Positions 18,480-52,222 of a stretch of 64,000 bases of DNA are shown here, piece after piece. Positions within the stretch are counted from its first letter, which is position 1. The number at the start of each line of letters is the position of its first letter. The position numbers and the translations under genes are program-made. The notes below the pieces were generated by a model. The model was given only the letters and a program-made list of their open reading frames with translations. It was not told the origin of the DNA and did not search any database. The stretch is from the human T2T-CHM13v2.0 reference genome, Homo sapiens. Location of the stretch: NCBI RefSeq assembly GCF_009914755.1, contig NC_060936.1, one strand, 5' to 3'.

Positions 18480-19205
18480 TACATTAATGACTAATCTCCT
18501 TCTTGAAATGCCCTTTTCTCTTCCTTACTGCCACTCTTCCTAGTCTTCTCCCTCTACCTCTTTGGCAGTAGAACTAGACTGCCTGGTAAGCACTGCTAGT
18601 TGAGTCACCTTGGACAAGTTCCTCTGTGCTTCAGTTCTCTCATCTGTAAAATGAGGATAACAGTAATGCCTACCTACCTCATAAACTTACTAAAGAGGAT
18701 TCAAGCTTAGCACTTAGAACAATGCCTAGGACAAAGTAAACACTTATTAAACACCCACTTTGAGATGGAGTCTCCCTCTGTCACCTGGGCTGGAGTGCAA
18801 TGGCACAATCTTGGCTCACTGCAACCTCCACCTCCCAGGTTCGATTCTGCCTCAGCCTCCCGAGTAGCTGGGATTACAAGTGCCCACCACCACACCTGGC
18901 TAACTTTTGTATTTTTAGTAGACACGGGTTTCACCATGCTGGCCAGGCTGGTCCCGAACTCCTGGCCTCTAGTGGATTCACCCACCTCGGCCTCCCAAAG
19001 TGTTGGGATTACAGGCGTGAGTCGCCGTGCGCGGCCTATACCAACTACTAATATTATCAAATAACGTATGGCTGTCATTCCTCTATCTCCTTTGCAGTTT
19101 ATTTTTCCTCTGCCTTTTCCTGAAACATGGTGTTTCCTCAGGGTTCACTTAGAGGTTCTTTTCGTACTCTACACGCTCACCCTCAGTAACCTCATTCAGT
19201 TATGG

Positions 19206-23829
<4,624 letters not shown>

Positions 23830-23991
23830 GTACAGCATAGGAATCTCAGGAGTCAAAAAGGAAATTATGTAGCTGGGCCTGTAGTTCCAGCTACCATGGA
23901 GGCTGAGGCAGGTGGACTGATTGAGGCCAGGAGGTCAAGGCTGTAGTGACATCAGCCCTGTGAATGGCCACTGAATTCCAGCCTGGGTAAT

Positions 23992-24427
23992 TGTGATGGT
24001 TAATACTGAGTATCAACTTAATTGGATTGAAGAATGCAAAACACTCATCCTGCACATGTCTGTGAGGGTGTTGCCAAAGGAGATTAACATTTGAGTCAGT
24101 GGGCTGGGAAAGGCAGAGCCACCCTTAATCTGGGTGGGCACCATCTAATCAGCTGCCAGCATGGCAAGAGGCAGAAAAACGTGAAAAGACTAGACTGGCC
24201 TAGCCTCCCAGCCTACATCTTTCTCTTGTGCTGGACTCTTCCTCCCCTCAAACATCGGACTCCAAGCTCTTCAGTTTTGGGACTTGGACTGGCTTTCCTT
24301 GCTCCTCAGTGTGCAGACGGCCTATTGTGGGACCTTGTGATAGTGTGAGTTAATACTTAATAAACTACCCTTCATATATATATCCATCCTATTAGTTCTG
24401 TCCCTCTAGAGAACCCTGACTGATACA
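23992..24427 (+). mobile_element. MLT2A (ERVL) solo LTR inserted into a FAM monomer
   Basis: tgtgatggttaatact...gagaaccctgactgataca with TG..CA ends and 5-bp TSD gtaat. The flanks join into a FAM/7SL-like 3' end. Confidence 0.88.
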
Positions 24428-24960
24428 GTAATATAGCAAGATTCCGTCTCTTAGGAAGGAAAATTAGAAAAAAAAACAGTAATTACTGTACTAGAGTCGC
24501 AACATCTCAAGCAGAAGTAGGTTTCAGAGTGATTCATTCAATAAACACTTACTGAATAGCTAATATGAATGTACAAAGCACTGCATTAGATACCTACAGT
24601 TTCATGGGGGAGACAAGTCCATAAACAGAGCCCAATCTGAAGGTCATTCCCCAAAAATAAGGCAGTTCATTCAAGATCTCTGAAATGGTTCTCTTCAAAT
24701 TCCAGCTGTGACCTGACAAACATTTCTGACATTATTCACTTTACCTAGATCCTTGACTTCATTAAAGGCATACAACGGAGAATATTAGATGAGGAAAAAA
24801 GAAATTGTCCAAAAAAAAAGAGATCAAACCTGAAACAATAATTGACACTATCTAGACAGAAGCAAAATAATCTACTGTAGGCCAGGCATGGTGATTCATG
24901 CCAGTAATCTCAGCACTTTGGAAGGCCGAGGTGGAAGCATCACTTGAGCTCAGGAGTTCA

Positions 24961-25248
<288 letters not shown>

Positions 25249-26639
25249 CTAGAAGAATTCTACTGAGAGGACACTAAAGTGAATTCAGGCCAAAGTGGTA
25301 GGATAAACCCACTTGTTCCTTTCATTAAACATATTTACCTTTTTTCAATGGATAATTATACAACTTAATGCATTTGCTTAAAATAGAAACACAAACACAC
25401 ATAAGGGATAACCACTGATTTTGTTGCTCTCTCCAGGGTAGAAATCATGGTTTATTCACCTTTTAATCCTTGGCACATAGTTTGATACCTTTTTATTTAT
25501 TTTTACATTTTTCTTGTCCAACTTCTAAAACCATCACATATAGTTTGATATGACATATCCTAAGCTTTCAATAAATAGATGTTGAAGAATGAACAGATGA
25601 ACAAATGGGTGAAAACTTAATTCTCAACTAAGAGGCAAAGTGTTTCATGGAAGTGTGCCACTTGTAAGGATGAAATTAAAACTCAGCCTTATCCTCCTGG
25701 GTCATCAGATAACCTACCAGTTTGGTGTTTATCAAGTGTAGGAGATGACTGATTTCTGGGGAATCAGTAGATATTCAAGTTAACCGATTTCAATCTATAA
25801 CTGGAGATTGCCCTAAACACAACCACAACAATCTGATCTAGTTTGAGACACTTTATGCCTGTAATTGCGACTGCTTACTAATGCTGACAATACCCAAAAA
25901 CTAAAAACTACAAGGAATATCCTTACAAGAAATCTTGTATTTTACAGAAGAGATATAGTAAGAGTGTGATTATTCTCAATGCCTTATCAGAGCTATGCAG
26001 TTCTGCATGGACATTTACCTACTTGACAAACTTTCTTATAGATCATTAACACCGAGAAGATAGATGTAAAAAGGCAAAATTATAGAGCAATGCTTGGCTA
26101 GAAGCAACTGTCAATCAAAGATTACTCAAGCGGCCGGGCGCGGTGGCTCACACCTGTAATCCCAGCACTTTGAGAGGCCGAGGCGGGCGAATCATGAGGT
26201 CAGGAGATAGAGACCATCCTGGCTAACACGGTGAAACCCCATCTCTATTAAAAATACAAAAAATTAGCCGGGTGTGGTGGCGGGCGCCTGTAATCCCAGC
26301 TACTCAGGAGGCTGAGGCAGGAGAATGGTGTGAACCCGGGAGGCAGAGCTTGCAGTGAGCCGAGATCCCGCCACTGCACTACAGCCTGGGCGACACAGGG
26401 CGAGACTCTGTCTCAAAAAAACAAAAAATTACTCAAAATAGAATATGACCAGTCATTTGAATATTTCAGAAAATAATTTACATTTAGAAATCTTATTTTT
26501 ACTAAAATGTCTTAGATTCATTATTTAAAGGAACATCTAATACCTTTGCATCATCTTTTGATCCTAAAAAGTGTATCAAATGTGAATTTACATTAAAATT
26601 ATTTTCTCAATTATTATTAATATTGTCTGAATTACTGTC

Positions 26640-27112
<473 letters not shown>

Positions 27113-28586
27113 GAGACCAGGTGTGGTGGCTCACACCTGTAATCCCAGCACTTTGGGAGGCCGAGGTGGGTAGATCACCTGAGGTCAGGAGTTCAAGACC
27201 AGTCTGGCCAACATGGCAAAACCCCATCTCTACTAAAAATACAAAAATTAGCTGGGCGTGGTGGTACACACCTGTAGTCCTAGCTACTCAGGAGGCTGAG
27301 GCAGGAGAATCGCTTGAACCCAGGAGGCGGAGGTTGCAGTAAGCTGAGATTGTGCCACTGCACTCTAGCCTGGGCAACAGAGCGAGACTCTGTCTCAAAA
27401 AAAAAAAAAAGAAAAAAAAAAGAAAAGAAAAAAGGAAATAAATGGAAACATGCACAAGAAAATGAATCACTACTCTTGTTGTCAGTTACATGACAGGCCA
27501 GCGAATGAGTCTGTTCAATCCCCACTGAGAGAATGGCATTGAGAAGGCTCTTTAGACACCCCAGTGAGGTTGCCTTGAAGTAATAAGAGAGAAGAGGGGA
27601 CTGGAATAATGAATAAGCAGCGGTGAAAGCTCTCAGCTATCTCCTGTATAATTCGCCAAATTACTTTCTTCTGGCAACATAAAGCTCCTATTATAGTACC
27701 GTATTTAAAATAAATGAACCTATATAGATCTGATGGTATCAATATTGTCTCAAACTCCTACTTGATCCCAGGGAAAATATGCTCAAGGGACAAAATACTA
27801 AGTTTCAAACAATTTTATCTTTAAGATTCAGTTTAAGTCAGATCCAAGAGGCCTACTTGGACTTGGACCACACCTTGGACTATTCTTTCCCTAATCAGCA
27901 CACAATATTCAAAGAAGCAACAAGTGGAAGACTTTCTTATCTCTCTTTTGATAGGTAACAGTGGGTAGCCTGAGTGTGTGTAAGAGGAAAGGGGAGAAAG
28001 AGAAGCTGTAGAAAAGTGTACAACATGCAAACATAGTATGGTGAAATTTAACAACAGAAACAAAGAAATTATAATTTCACCTCTCTTAAGCCAAATATCT
28101 ATTTCAGATTGAATAATTAGATTCTGGGTTACTCCTCAGGGCATCTGAGTGGACAAGAATAGACCCTTCTCAATCATTATACTCACATGCTGCACTGAGG
28201 CACTGTGCAAGAGTACAGTCCACTGCAATGAACCAGTCAACAGAGGCCCACAAAGGCAAGCCTCTGTGCTTTGGTGGGTAATAATCACCTTTCTGCAGTT
28301 CTTTAACAAAATAGCTAAATATGCTTAACTTATGGTCAGATGGCTTTCCAAGTCATCCCCATCAGGTGAGGCTACAGTTCTCTATAGGGAATATGGAAAC
28401 TTAAAAAATATTTAATAAATGCTCAGTGTGGTTGATGAGAAGGAAGAGAAAGTAAGACCAAATTGTACCCTCTATATTTATTCTTTGGGAGATTCCTGAA
28501 ACACAAATAGAGACTATGTATCTAGGCACATAGAGTAAGATGCATTTAAATATGCAATAATGATATGAAACAAACAAAGCAAAGTT

Positions 28587-31530
<2,944 letters not shown>

Positions 31531-32323
31531 ATAAGAGTGGAGTGGTCTATTTTCTTTATGGAAGACCAGAACGGTAAAAGAGGAATTGGCAAGTCAGCAG
31601 TGAATTATATTACTGAGGTAATGGGTCTTAAAAGAAACAAAATAGCAAGAGTGCTTCTAGGGTTAAACTTTCCTAAGAGCAAACATGAGACAAACAAGGT
31701 GCCTGTCTTTACTAGCCAAGAATTATCATACTAGAATGCTTTCAGCTCAGTATTCCCATCCACCTGTACTCCTCTGACACTGGAGCACCATAGAAACACT
31801 CAGATAGAATTCCCACAGGTAAAGGATCCCTTCCAGCAGCTCTGCCAGGGGATATATGTCTTCAGCCATCTGAGGGAACACTTTGGAATCTCAAGAGATA
31901 CGTAAGTTTATATAAAATGGGTGTTTATAAGCAACAAAACTATTTCCTCTTACCACTAACATGGGGAAATTTCCATATTGGCACATATTTATATGAAAAG
32001 CAGAGATGTTTTTCTATGAAAATCACCTTTTAAAAAAAAATTTGTCCTGACTTGTGTATTTTCCTTTGTAGTGATTACATTGCCTTCCTCCTTTTTTTTT
32101 TTGGCCCTCATATACAGAGACTATGGAAGAGAGTACCTGGATCTAGTTTATTCCAAAGACAGACAAGCAGTTTGTGCCTCCACTCCAGGATGACTAACTA
32201 CAACGATTACACGTAAAAAGACAAAACAAGGCCGGGCGCGGCGGTTCACGCTTGTAATCCCAGCACTTTGGGAGGCCGAGGCAGGCGTATTACGAGGTCA
32301 GGAGATCGAGACCTTCCTGGCTA

Positions 32324-32551
<228 letters not shown>

Positions 32552-34039
32552 CTACACTAAGTTCCTGAGGGCCAAGGAAAGCCATTTAGATCTTTGGGTT
32601 TCATTTGCTTCACTTAAGCATCTTTATTTTTGCACTTGAACGTCTGGCAGAGCATTTTGATGATGATGATGCACAAATACTACGAATAAATGGATGCGTG
32701 ACTAGCTAAATAGAACACAAGATTTTGAAAGACTTGAGTCAAAAACAGTAGGCAAATCAAAGAAGCAATCCCAAACAGATGCTATCTTTCAGAAATTAAC
32801 AGATTATTTCACCTGCAACATATTCCCATCCTAGAAAGGGCATTCCTGCATTACAATCATTTATGCTTGGATAAAGGCAAAACGAACAGATGTCCAAGAA
32901 CCACCCTCATTACCTGAGGCCTATGGCAGAAACATGTCTCCTTTCTTGGAGTCTGAGTAGACTTGATCAAAATCACCCACAGGTATAAATTCACATTATA
33001 ATATCACACACCAAAGCCTCAGTGAATATCTTTATCTTGGACAAACATATGATCCATTCACTTAAAGGTGAAATCATGTGGTTGAACAAAGTATACTGCA
33101 ATTCTGCTAAACTCATTTAGAAGCTGGCTCAAGGCCGGGTGCGGTGGCTCACGCCTGTAATCCCAGCACTTTGGGAGGCAGAGGCGGGCGGATCACTTGA
33201 GGTCAGGAGTTACAGACCAGCCTGGCCAACATGGCGAAACCCCGTCTCTACTAAAAATACAAAAAGTAGCCGGGCGTGGTGGCGCGTGCCTGTAATTCCA
33301 GCTACTCGGGAGGCTGAGGCAGGAGAATCGCTTCAACAGGGGAGGCGGAGGTCGCGGTAAGCCGAGATCGTGCCATTGCACGCCAGCCTGGGCAACAAGA
33401 GCGAAACTCTGTCTCAAAAAAAAAAAAAAAAAAAGAAAAGAAAAAAGAATCTGGCTCAATATAGCTGTCCTCTGATAAAGCCCTGTGGCTCTCCTCCATC
33501 CCTTCGAACACACTCCTCCTTCCATTTCAGGCCCCAAGGCCTGTTCTGCAACTAATCTGACATCTTTCCATTACTTTGGAAGCCTAGGGCTCCACCACAC
33601 CCTATCCCAACCAGATTTCTACCCTCCTACCAACAAACGTGCATGAGTTGACATACCAAACCAACTCTTAGGGCCAAACTAATCCTGTTCCCCCCAATTC
33701 TCGGAAACTCAAGCGTCCTAACAAATCTTAAGAGTCTGATGAGTCCATTCCTTTCCCTTGGAACGTCTGGCCCTTGCGTTGACCCCTCGGCTTCCATGGT
33801 CACAACTAGCTCTGGTTCTCCTGGCCCCTTCCTATCCCTCTCTTCGGGGCCTCTGCCAGAGCTCACACTGAACCTGTTTCCTCATCTGTAGGACCCTTGG
33901 AGGTTGGGAGGAGGCCTATATGACCCCCCCAATCCAACTCCGGATCTAACATTGAAGGGGCCCAGCATTCCCCTAGACCCTCACTCTTTCTCTTGCCCAC
34001 GCCCCAAACTCCTTCTCCATCTAGGCTACCACCTCGCCC

Positions 34040-34780
34040 ACGCGCCTAGCATCACCCGCCGCGGCCCAAGCTCCCCCAGCCCCTGCTTCCGGGCTTTCCT
34101 TGCAGTTCTGCTTCCGGCCCTCGGCCCTTCCCACAGCGGGGCGCCCCCGGCCCGCGCCCGGCCCCCGAGCCGCTCGCTCCCGGGCTCTCACCGCTCGAAG
34201 AGCAGCCTCACGAAGAAGATGCCCGCCGCCAGCGGGAACACCGAGAGGATGTGCCGGCCGCGGGGGTAACCGTAGCCGTCGGCCGGCCCCTCCAGATCAG
34301 CCCAGCTCACGTTCTCGGGTAGCCAGAAGCGCTCGCTCCACAGCCAGCCCCACAGCAAGCTTAGGGGTCCCTGCGCTGCTGTCGCCATCTTACGCCCACC
34401 CCGAAGCCACCGCCGCCACAAGCGTCAGCTGCCGCCACAGCCAACGGAACCCGCGGGGAGGCGGCCCCAGGGCGGGGCCCGGCCGGCGGCCACCCCCTTC
34501 CGGCCCCTTCTGGTCACTGCCACGGATCCGCCCGCCTCCCTGGCAGGGCCGGGCCTCTTCACCGCCCATCTCTCCTCCCGGCCCACTTCCCTCACTGCAA
34601 CCCGGGGACCGCCTCCGGGGATCCACGCCCCTTCCCGAGCCTCTGACTCGCCCAGCCCGGCCCTGGGACCACGCCTCGGGCGGCCCTGGGCCCGCCCTCT
34701 TTTGCTGCTGGTCTAGGCCACGCTTCTACTCCTCCCTCACTCTTCCATCCAGCTACGGCCACACCCCTTATTTCAGGCCT
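34040..34780 (-). promoter_or_regulatory. CERS5: CpG island / TATA-less promoter of CERS5
   Basis: Very high GC and CpG density around exon 1. Sp/KLF GC box GGGCGGGGC at 34470-34478 and further CCGCCC boxes. YY1-like AAGATGGCG overlaps the start codon. Confidence 0.9.
34192..34388 (-). CDS. CERS5: Ceramide synthase 5, coding exon 1 (aa 1-66: luminal N-terminus with NVS sequon and first TM segment)
   Basis: ATG at 34388 in a strong Kozak context (aagATGG). Translates MATAAQGPLSLLWGWLWSERFWLPENVSWADL...RLLFER, the CerS5 N-terminus. Donor CG|gtgaga at 34191; 197 nt, phase 2. Confidence 0.97.
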
Positions 34781-35071
34781 AGCTCCTTTACGGGGACATT
34801 CTCCTTTCTCAGCCTGTTGGAATCGAATCCGTTCCGGCTCCCACCCAGGCGGTACCTCTGTCTCCACTCCCGGAGGCCAGATCGATCTCTCAGGTCAGGG
34901 CTTCTCTTGGATGTCAGCTGGTCCTGCCCACTACTGTCCGCCACTAGAGTTCTTTTCGCTCCCAACCTTTTCTTCCCTTCGTGCCCCGTGACCTCAGCCT
35001 ACTTTCACTGCTTTATCCCTTAAAAATTAGTCACTTTTCCTCAGAAAAAATGGACTTAACAGTTTACAAAA

Positions 35072-36048
<977 letters not shown>

Positions 36049-36262
36049 GTATATCTAAAGGACCTAAAGGCAAAACAAAATAAATAGCCAATGTTTGATG
36101 AGGTTTCCTGTGTGCCAGGCACTGCATGGAACATTTTACACAGGTTATTTCACTCCTTCACCCTATAAAGTTGATCTTGTTATCCCCACTGGATAAGTAA
36201 ACTGAGGTCCAGTGAGGCCAAACAACTTGCCCAAAGTTATGTAGGTAAGAAGTGGTAGCTAG

Positions 36263-36955
<693 letters not shown>

Positions 36956-37215
36956 TGTTTGTTTGCATGTTTTTTTGTGAGAAGGAGTCTCACACCCAGG
37001 CTGGAGCGCAGTGGTGCCATTTCTGCTCACTGCAACCTCCACCTCTGGGTTCAAGAGATCCTCCCTTCTCAGCCTCCCGAGTAGCTGGGACTACAGACAC
37101 GTGCCACCACACCCGACTAATTTTTGTATTTTTTGATAGAGCCTGGGGTTTCACCATGTTGGCCAGGCTGGTCTCGAACTCCTGACTTCAAGTGATCTGC
37201 CTGTCTCAGTATCCC

Positions 37216-37655
37216 TGTTGGGAATGAAGTTTTTGGTGTTGCAAAAAGAAAAGAAAACAAAACAAAACAAAAACAAAAAAACACGGGAACAAATGATCTC
37301 TCAGCAAGGAGAGCTTTACTTTCTGCAGAAAGGGTGCTGCTACTCAAAAGCTGTCTAGCCATGAGAGCACACCGAACAAAGGAGACAGAGTTATTTATAA
37401 TCTGAGGTGTCTACCCTACTGCTGTGTCCATTTTCCATTGGCTGGAATAGGACCTCACATTTTACACTTTACCTGATTGGCTATTAGTTTAAAACTTTTA
37501 AAATTGGTTAAGGGGAACAGAACAAAGAAAGAAAAGGAAGTTGCCCAGGGATCATTAAGGAAGCATCACCAAATAAGGAATGGCATGCACTGTGGGCTGG
37601 GGCTTGTCTAGTTCTGTCCAGGCATGCAGGAGCAATCTAGGACAGCTGATTTGGA

Positions 37656-37702
<47 letters not shown>

Positions 37703-37794
37703 TACACACACACACACACACACAGTGGATAGCAATCTTATAGTAAGAAATTGTGACTTTTTATAATCTTTGAAGAACTTTCCGATTTCTCACA
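37216..37794 (-). mobile_element. ERV1 solo LTR (LTR10-like; family uncertain) with internal (CA)n, inserted into an Alu
   Basis: TG..CA ends; flanks atccc/ctccc; the Alu breaks at 37215 and resumes at 37795. Confidence 0.75.
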
Positions 37795-37823
37795 CTCCCA
37801 AAGTGCTGGGACTACAGGCGTGA

Positions 37824-42475
<4,652 letters not shown>

Positions 42476-42874
42476 CATCTGCCTAAAGTGAAAAACAAGT
42501 CCATTTTCAGCAGAGACATTTGGAAATCCATTCAGCATGCTAGGCATAATTGTAAGGTGAATTATTCAATGTTGAGTGTTATAAACAATAAAAACCACCA
42601 CTAGATTTCGAATTGGTAAAATACCTCATTTTGAATGCACACATTAATTCTCTTGCCAAGTTGCCTGCAATTTTCCAGAAAAATTTGTCTTCCTTCAGGG
42701 AGGATTGAAATCCAAGATCAGCCCAACACTACCATCTAGTGGTGAGATGTATTGATAATGCTTCTATTCAACTAAAACTTAAAAAAGTGGTACCATTTTT
42801 TTCTTCCCAAACTGCAAAAGTAGATCCTGAGAGACAGTAATAACGTAAGAAAATAATGGAAGAGAAACATTGAA

Positions 42875-44153
42875 AAGTTCAAATTTTAATTAAAATCTTT
42901 ATTGAATAAAAATGTTTCAGACTAGGTAAGACTAAGAAAGCAGAATGTTTTACATCTCTAAAAAATATTAAAGCTAAATCTCTATAAATGCAGTACAAAG
43001 AAAAGCCTACAGCTTAAGACACCTCTCCCTCCCATCCATACAATTTGGAATATCAACTGTGTACAACAAATGTACTCAAGTTTATAATGTCCCCAAACCT
43101 TAAGACTAGAAAATCATCCCAAGAAAAAGGCCTATAGTTGGTTTAATTTCACCCTGAGAATACTGTGATAAAAATCAATATATTTCAGAGCTAGTAAGTA
43201 TTTAAAAATTAGTGTCTCAAAAAGGGGACATCATAAGGGAAATACAGGGTTTAGAGGTCTGAGCTCAAGTGGTGTAAGACAGTTCTTTCTTCTTCCTCCT
43301 TTAAACTCTTCACTTTGCTCTAACACGGAAGATGGGGGACAGTGATCCCGAAGGTATTACTAAAATATTGCAGCTTTCAGTAATTATGAGAAGCACAGAT
43401 ATCACCAGAAAAGAAAGCAATCATTTGGAGTACGGTAAATTCACTGGCAGATACAAAAGCTTATTTGGGAGACAGCAGATCTCTCTAAGCACCGAAGAGT
43501 GTAGGTTGGTTTTTCAATTGCCTCAAAAAGTGCTCTGTTGTATTATACCTCAGGACGTCGAGTTCAGGATGTAGTTTAGAGAGCAGGACATAAAGTAGTA
43601 AATTCCTCATATATATCACAGCAAGAAAATTAACCTAAAAAATTTAAAGACTAAATAATCTCTTAACAGGTAAATACTAAAAAATTAAATTGGTATTCAT
43701 TTAAAAATATACAAACTGTGCCCTTTATACTAAAGTGCATTCAGTCGTAATGTTTAAGCCCCTAAATTCCTTCTGTATGTTCTCTAATTCCAAAATAGTG
43801 TGTAACAATATACTACTAATCATCTGTCTACCTTAATATTGCCTTTTGGGAATACAGTAGAATCTGGGCTATTATCAGGTGGAATATTTCCCCAGTTACA
43901 AGCCTTACAGCACTTATGCATATCATCACTGCTAAAATGAAGAATTTAAGTAAAGTTATCTCTAGTATTTAGAATGTGTTTTTTGTGTTTTTTTGTTTTG
44001 TTTTTGATTTTAAGAAGGAATTCTTTTCCAAAGTTACTTCCAAGTAAATTACATTTCATGCTGGGATACCTGCTTATGTGCATCACATTTTGACAAAGGG
44101 CAGTGGCTCGCTAACACTAACATGAATTTAAGGCCCAGCATCATTGCAATTTG
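42875..44153 (-). other. LIMA1: LIMA1 3'UTR (~1.28 kb, AU-rich, no recognisable interspersed repeat)
   Basis: Unique sequence between the stop codon and the poly(A) signal; the 3' end is estimated ~20 nt past AATAAA. Confidence 0.8.
42898..42903 (-). terminator. LIMA1: LIMA1 polyadenylation signal AATAAA
   Basis: tttatt on + strand; a second ATTAAA at 42885-42890 and a U/GU-rich downstream element on the minus strand. Confidence 0.8.
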
Positions 44154-45206
<1,053 letters not shown>

Positions 45207-45320
45207 TCACTTATACCAGGAGGCTAAAATCTGGCAATTCCAGTATTTTCAGAAGATGCCAAGTAAGAAAAAGATCTTTAAAAGCCCTTCAGTGACCAGG
45301 AATTCCTTACCCCCATTTTA

Positions 45321-48335
<3,015 letters not shown>

Positions 48336-48994
48336 CTAATAGCTAGAAATGTCACACAGATGCCAAAACATCTTTCAAGAGTATTTTAGGAAGGATTGCT
48401 CAGAAAGGAAAGCTGGAGAAAGTGACATCTTGGTTACTTCCTTCTGTAAGACTCTATGATTAAAATGAGTTAATTTGGAATGTTTCCCCGATTTGTCACA
48501 TTTATATTTGCACTTTGAGTTACTTGGAAGAAATGATATGTAACAACTATTTTCTCAGAAATAAAGTGAGGCAACATAGAGAAAAAGACATGCTCTCCAG
48601 GGGCTATTATTATTGCCATTATTATCATTTATACAGTGGTTAAGACAAGTAAGGGCTTAAACAAGTAACCTCTTGAGATTTCTTAACTTTGTGATTCTGT
48701 GATACCAAGGGAAAACATTCTATTAAATTAGGTCACAGGGGGGTTTACCTGCAACTCATATTATTTAAGCTTCGGTCCTAACATGTAAATTAACATATCA
48801 ATACACCAAGAAGTTCCAAACACCATCATTATTTGGTATGAAAGACTTGTCACTAAATGATGCTTTTTACTTTATTCAAGAGCCTTCAACAGAATATCAT
48901 TAGCACAGTAGCTTTTAGCACCAGTGCTCTAAAAGCCAAAGACTCCCTCTAGAGTTCCAGTTATAGACAGATGGCTTGTTTTGGGCTGACTTAC

Positions 48995-49128
48995 CTGAGT
49001 TTGTTGTTGCAATAGGAGCAACGGAAGCAGCTGATGTGAAACACCTGCTGGTTGGCCAAGAGACGCTCCATTGGATAGACTGTCTTCTGACATTCCACGC
49101 AGGTCTCTCTTGCAGGTGCCTGAAACTT
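48995..49128 (-). CDS. LIMA1: LIMA1 exon 10, most of the LIM domain (CVEC...[10 protein letters not shown])
   Basis: ttcctag| acceptor, AG|gtaagt donor, 134 nt, phase 2; CxxC..HxxCxxCxxC zinc ligands. Confidence 0.96.
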
Positions 49129-50005
49129 CTAGGAAAAACAAAAAGACAACTTTAGCATGGGCAGCGATGAGTTAGCACTGTCTTGAGATGGACCCTAGAA
49201 TTTACTTTGTCTAAGGGCTCCCTTAGCTGGTCAGTCAATTCTCATGGAGCACTAAACCTGCTACAATTCTATCAGCTGACTCTTTAAAGCCAAGAGGCTC
49301 TCTTGATATTCCCTTCCCAAACTGTGTGGCTGCTCTAAATGTAGCAGCCACCAAGGATAGGTGGAGCTACGTCTGGATTACAAAGAATGGCTTAGACAAG
49401 TCACGACCCACATAAAAAATGTTAGGAGCAGGGGATGGGGGAAGGGGTCGGGGGGGGGAGTGCAGGGATTAGGAGAAAATGTTATCACACACAGAAGAAA
49501 GAAGTTTGATTCAAGTGCCAAGTAAACACAAGACAGATTCTAAAGGGGATAAATTTCAAGGAGAGGAAGAGCATTTGGCTTTGGGAATTAGGAAAGACAT
49601 TTCAGTAAAGCCCCTTTTATTCTCCTCTGCTTATAATCTTGATTTGTTCAATCAACTAGACATACTATTTTTAAACAAGTCAAAACTGACACACAAGTGG
49701 AACAATTTATAAGAGACACAAAGTATTTTATTAGGACACCAGAGGGAAGCATAGCCCATTAAAGCTATAGGTTCTATAATATTTCTAAAAACCAATGGAG
49801 AGAAAAACTAATGCAATGGGAAACACACTGGTTAATGTATTAATGACTGGGAATTCATGAACTGTTTGTAAAGTTGGAACAAACATGGGCACAGTGGTTC
49901 TACCTGATAAACTCAATCCTAAAGAATATAAAACAGTTGGTATTCTAGCACTGATAAAAGCCAGAACTCCAAAAATATTATAAGCTTTCACATGATAAGA
50001 AATAG

Positions 50006-52222
<2,217 letters not shown>

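Noticed and set aside
23870-24452. 7SL RNA gene or pseudogene
   Set aside because: Lacks the S domain; it is a FAM monomer split by an LTR.
34100-35023. 307-aa plus-strand ORF over the CERS5 promoter
   Set aside because: Non-ATG start and Pro/Arg/Ser-rich composition expected from stop-poor CpG-island DNA; no recognisable domain.
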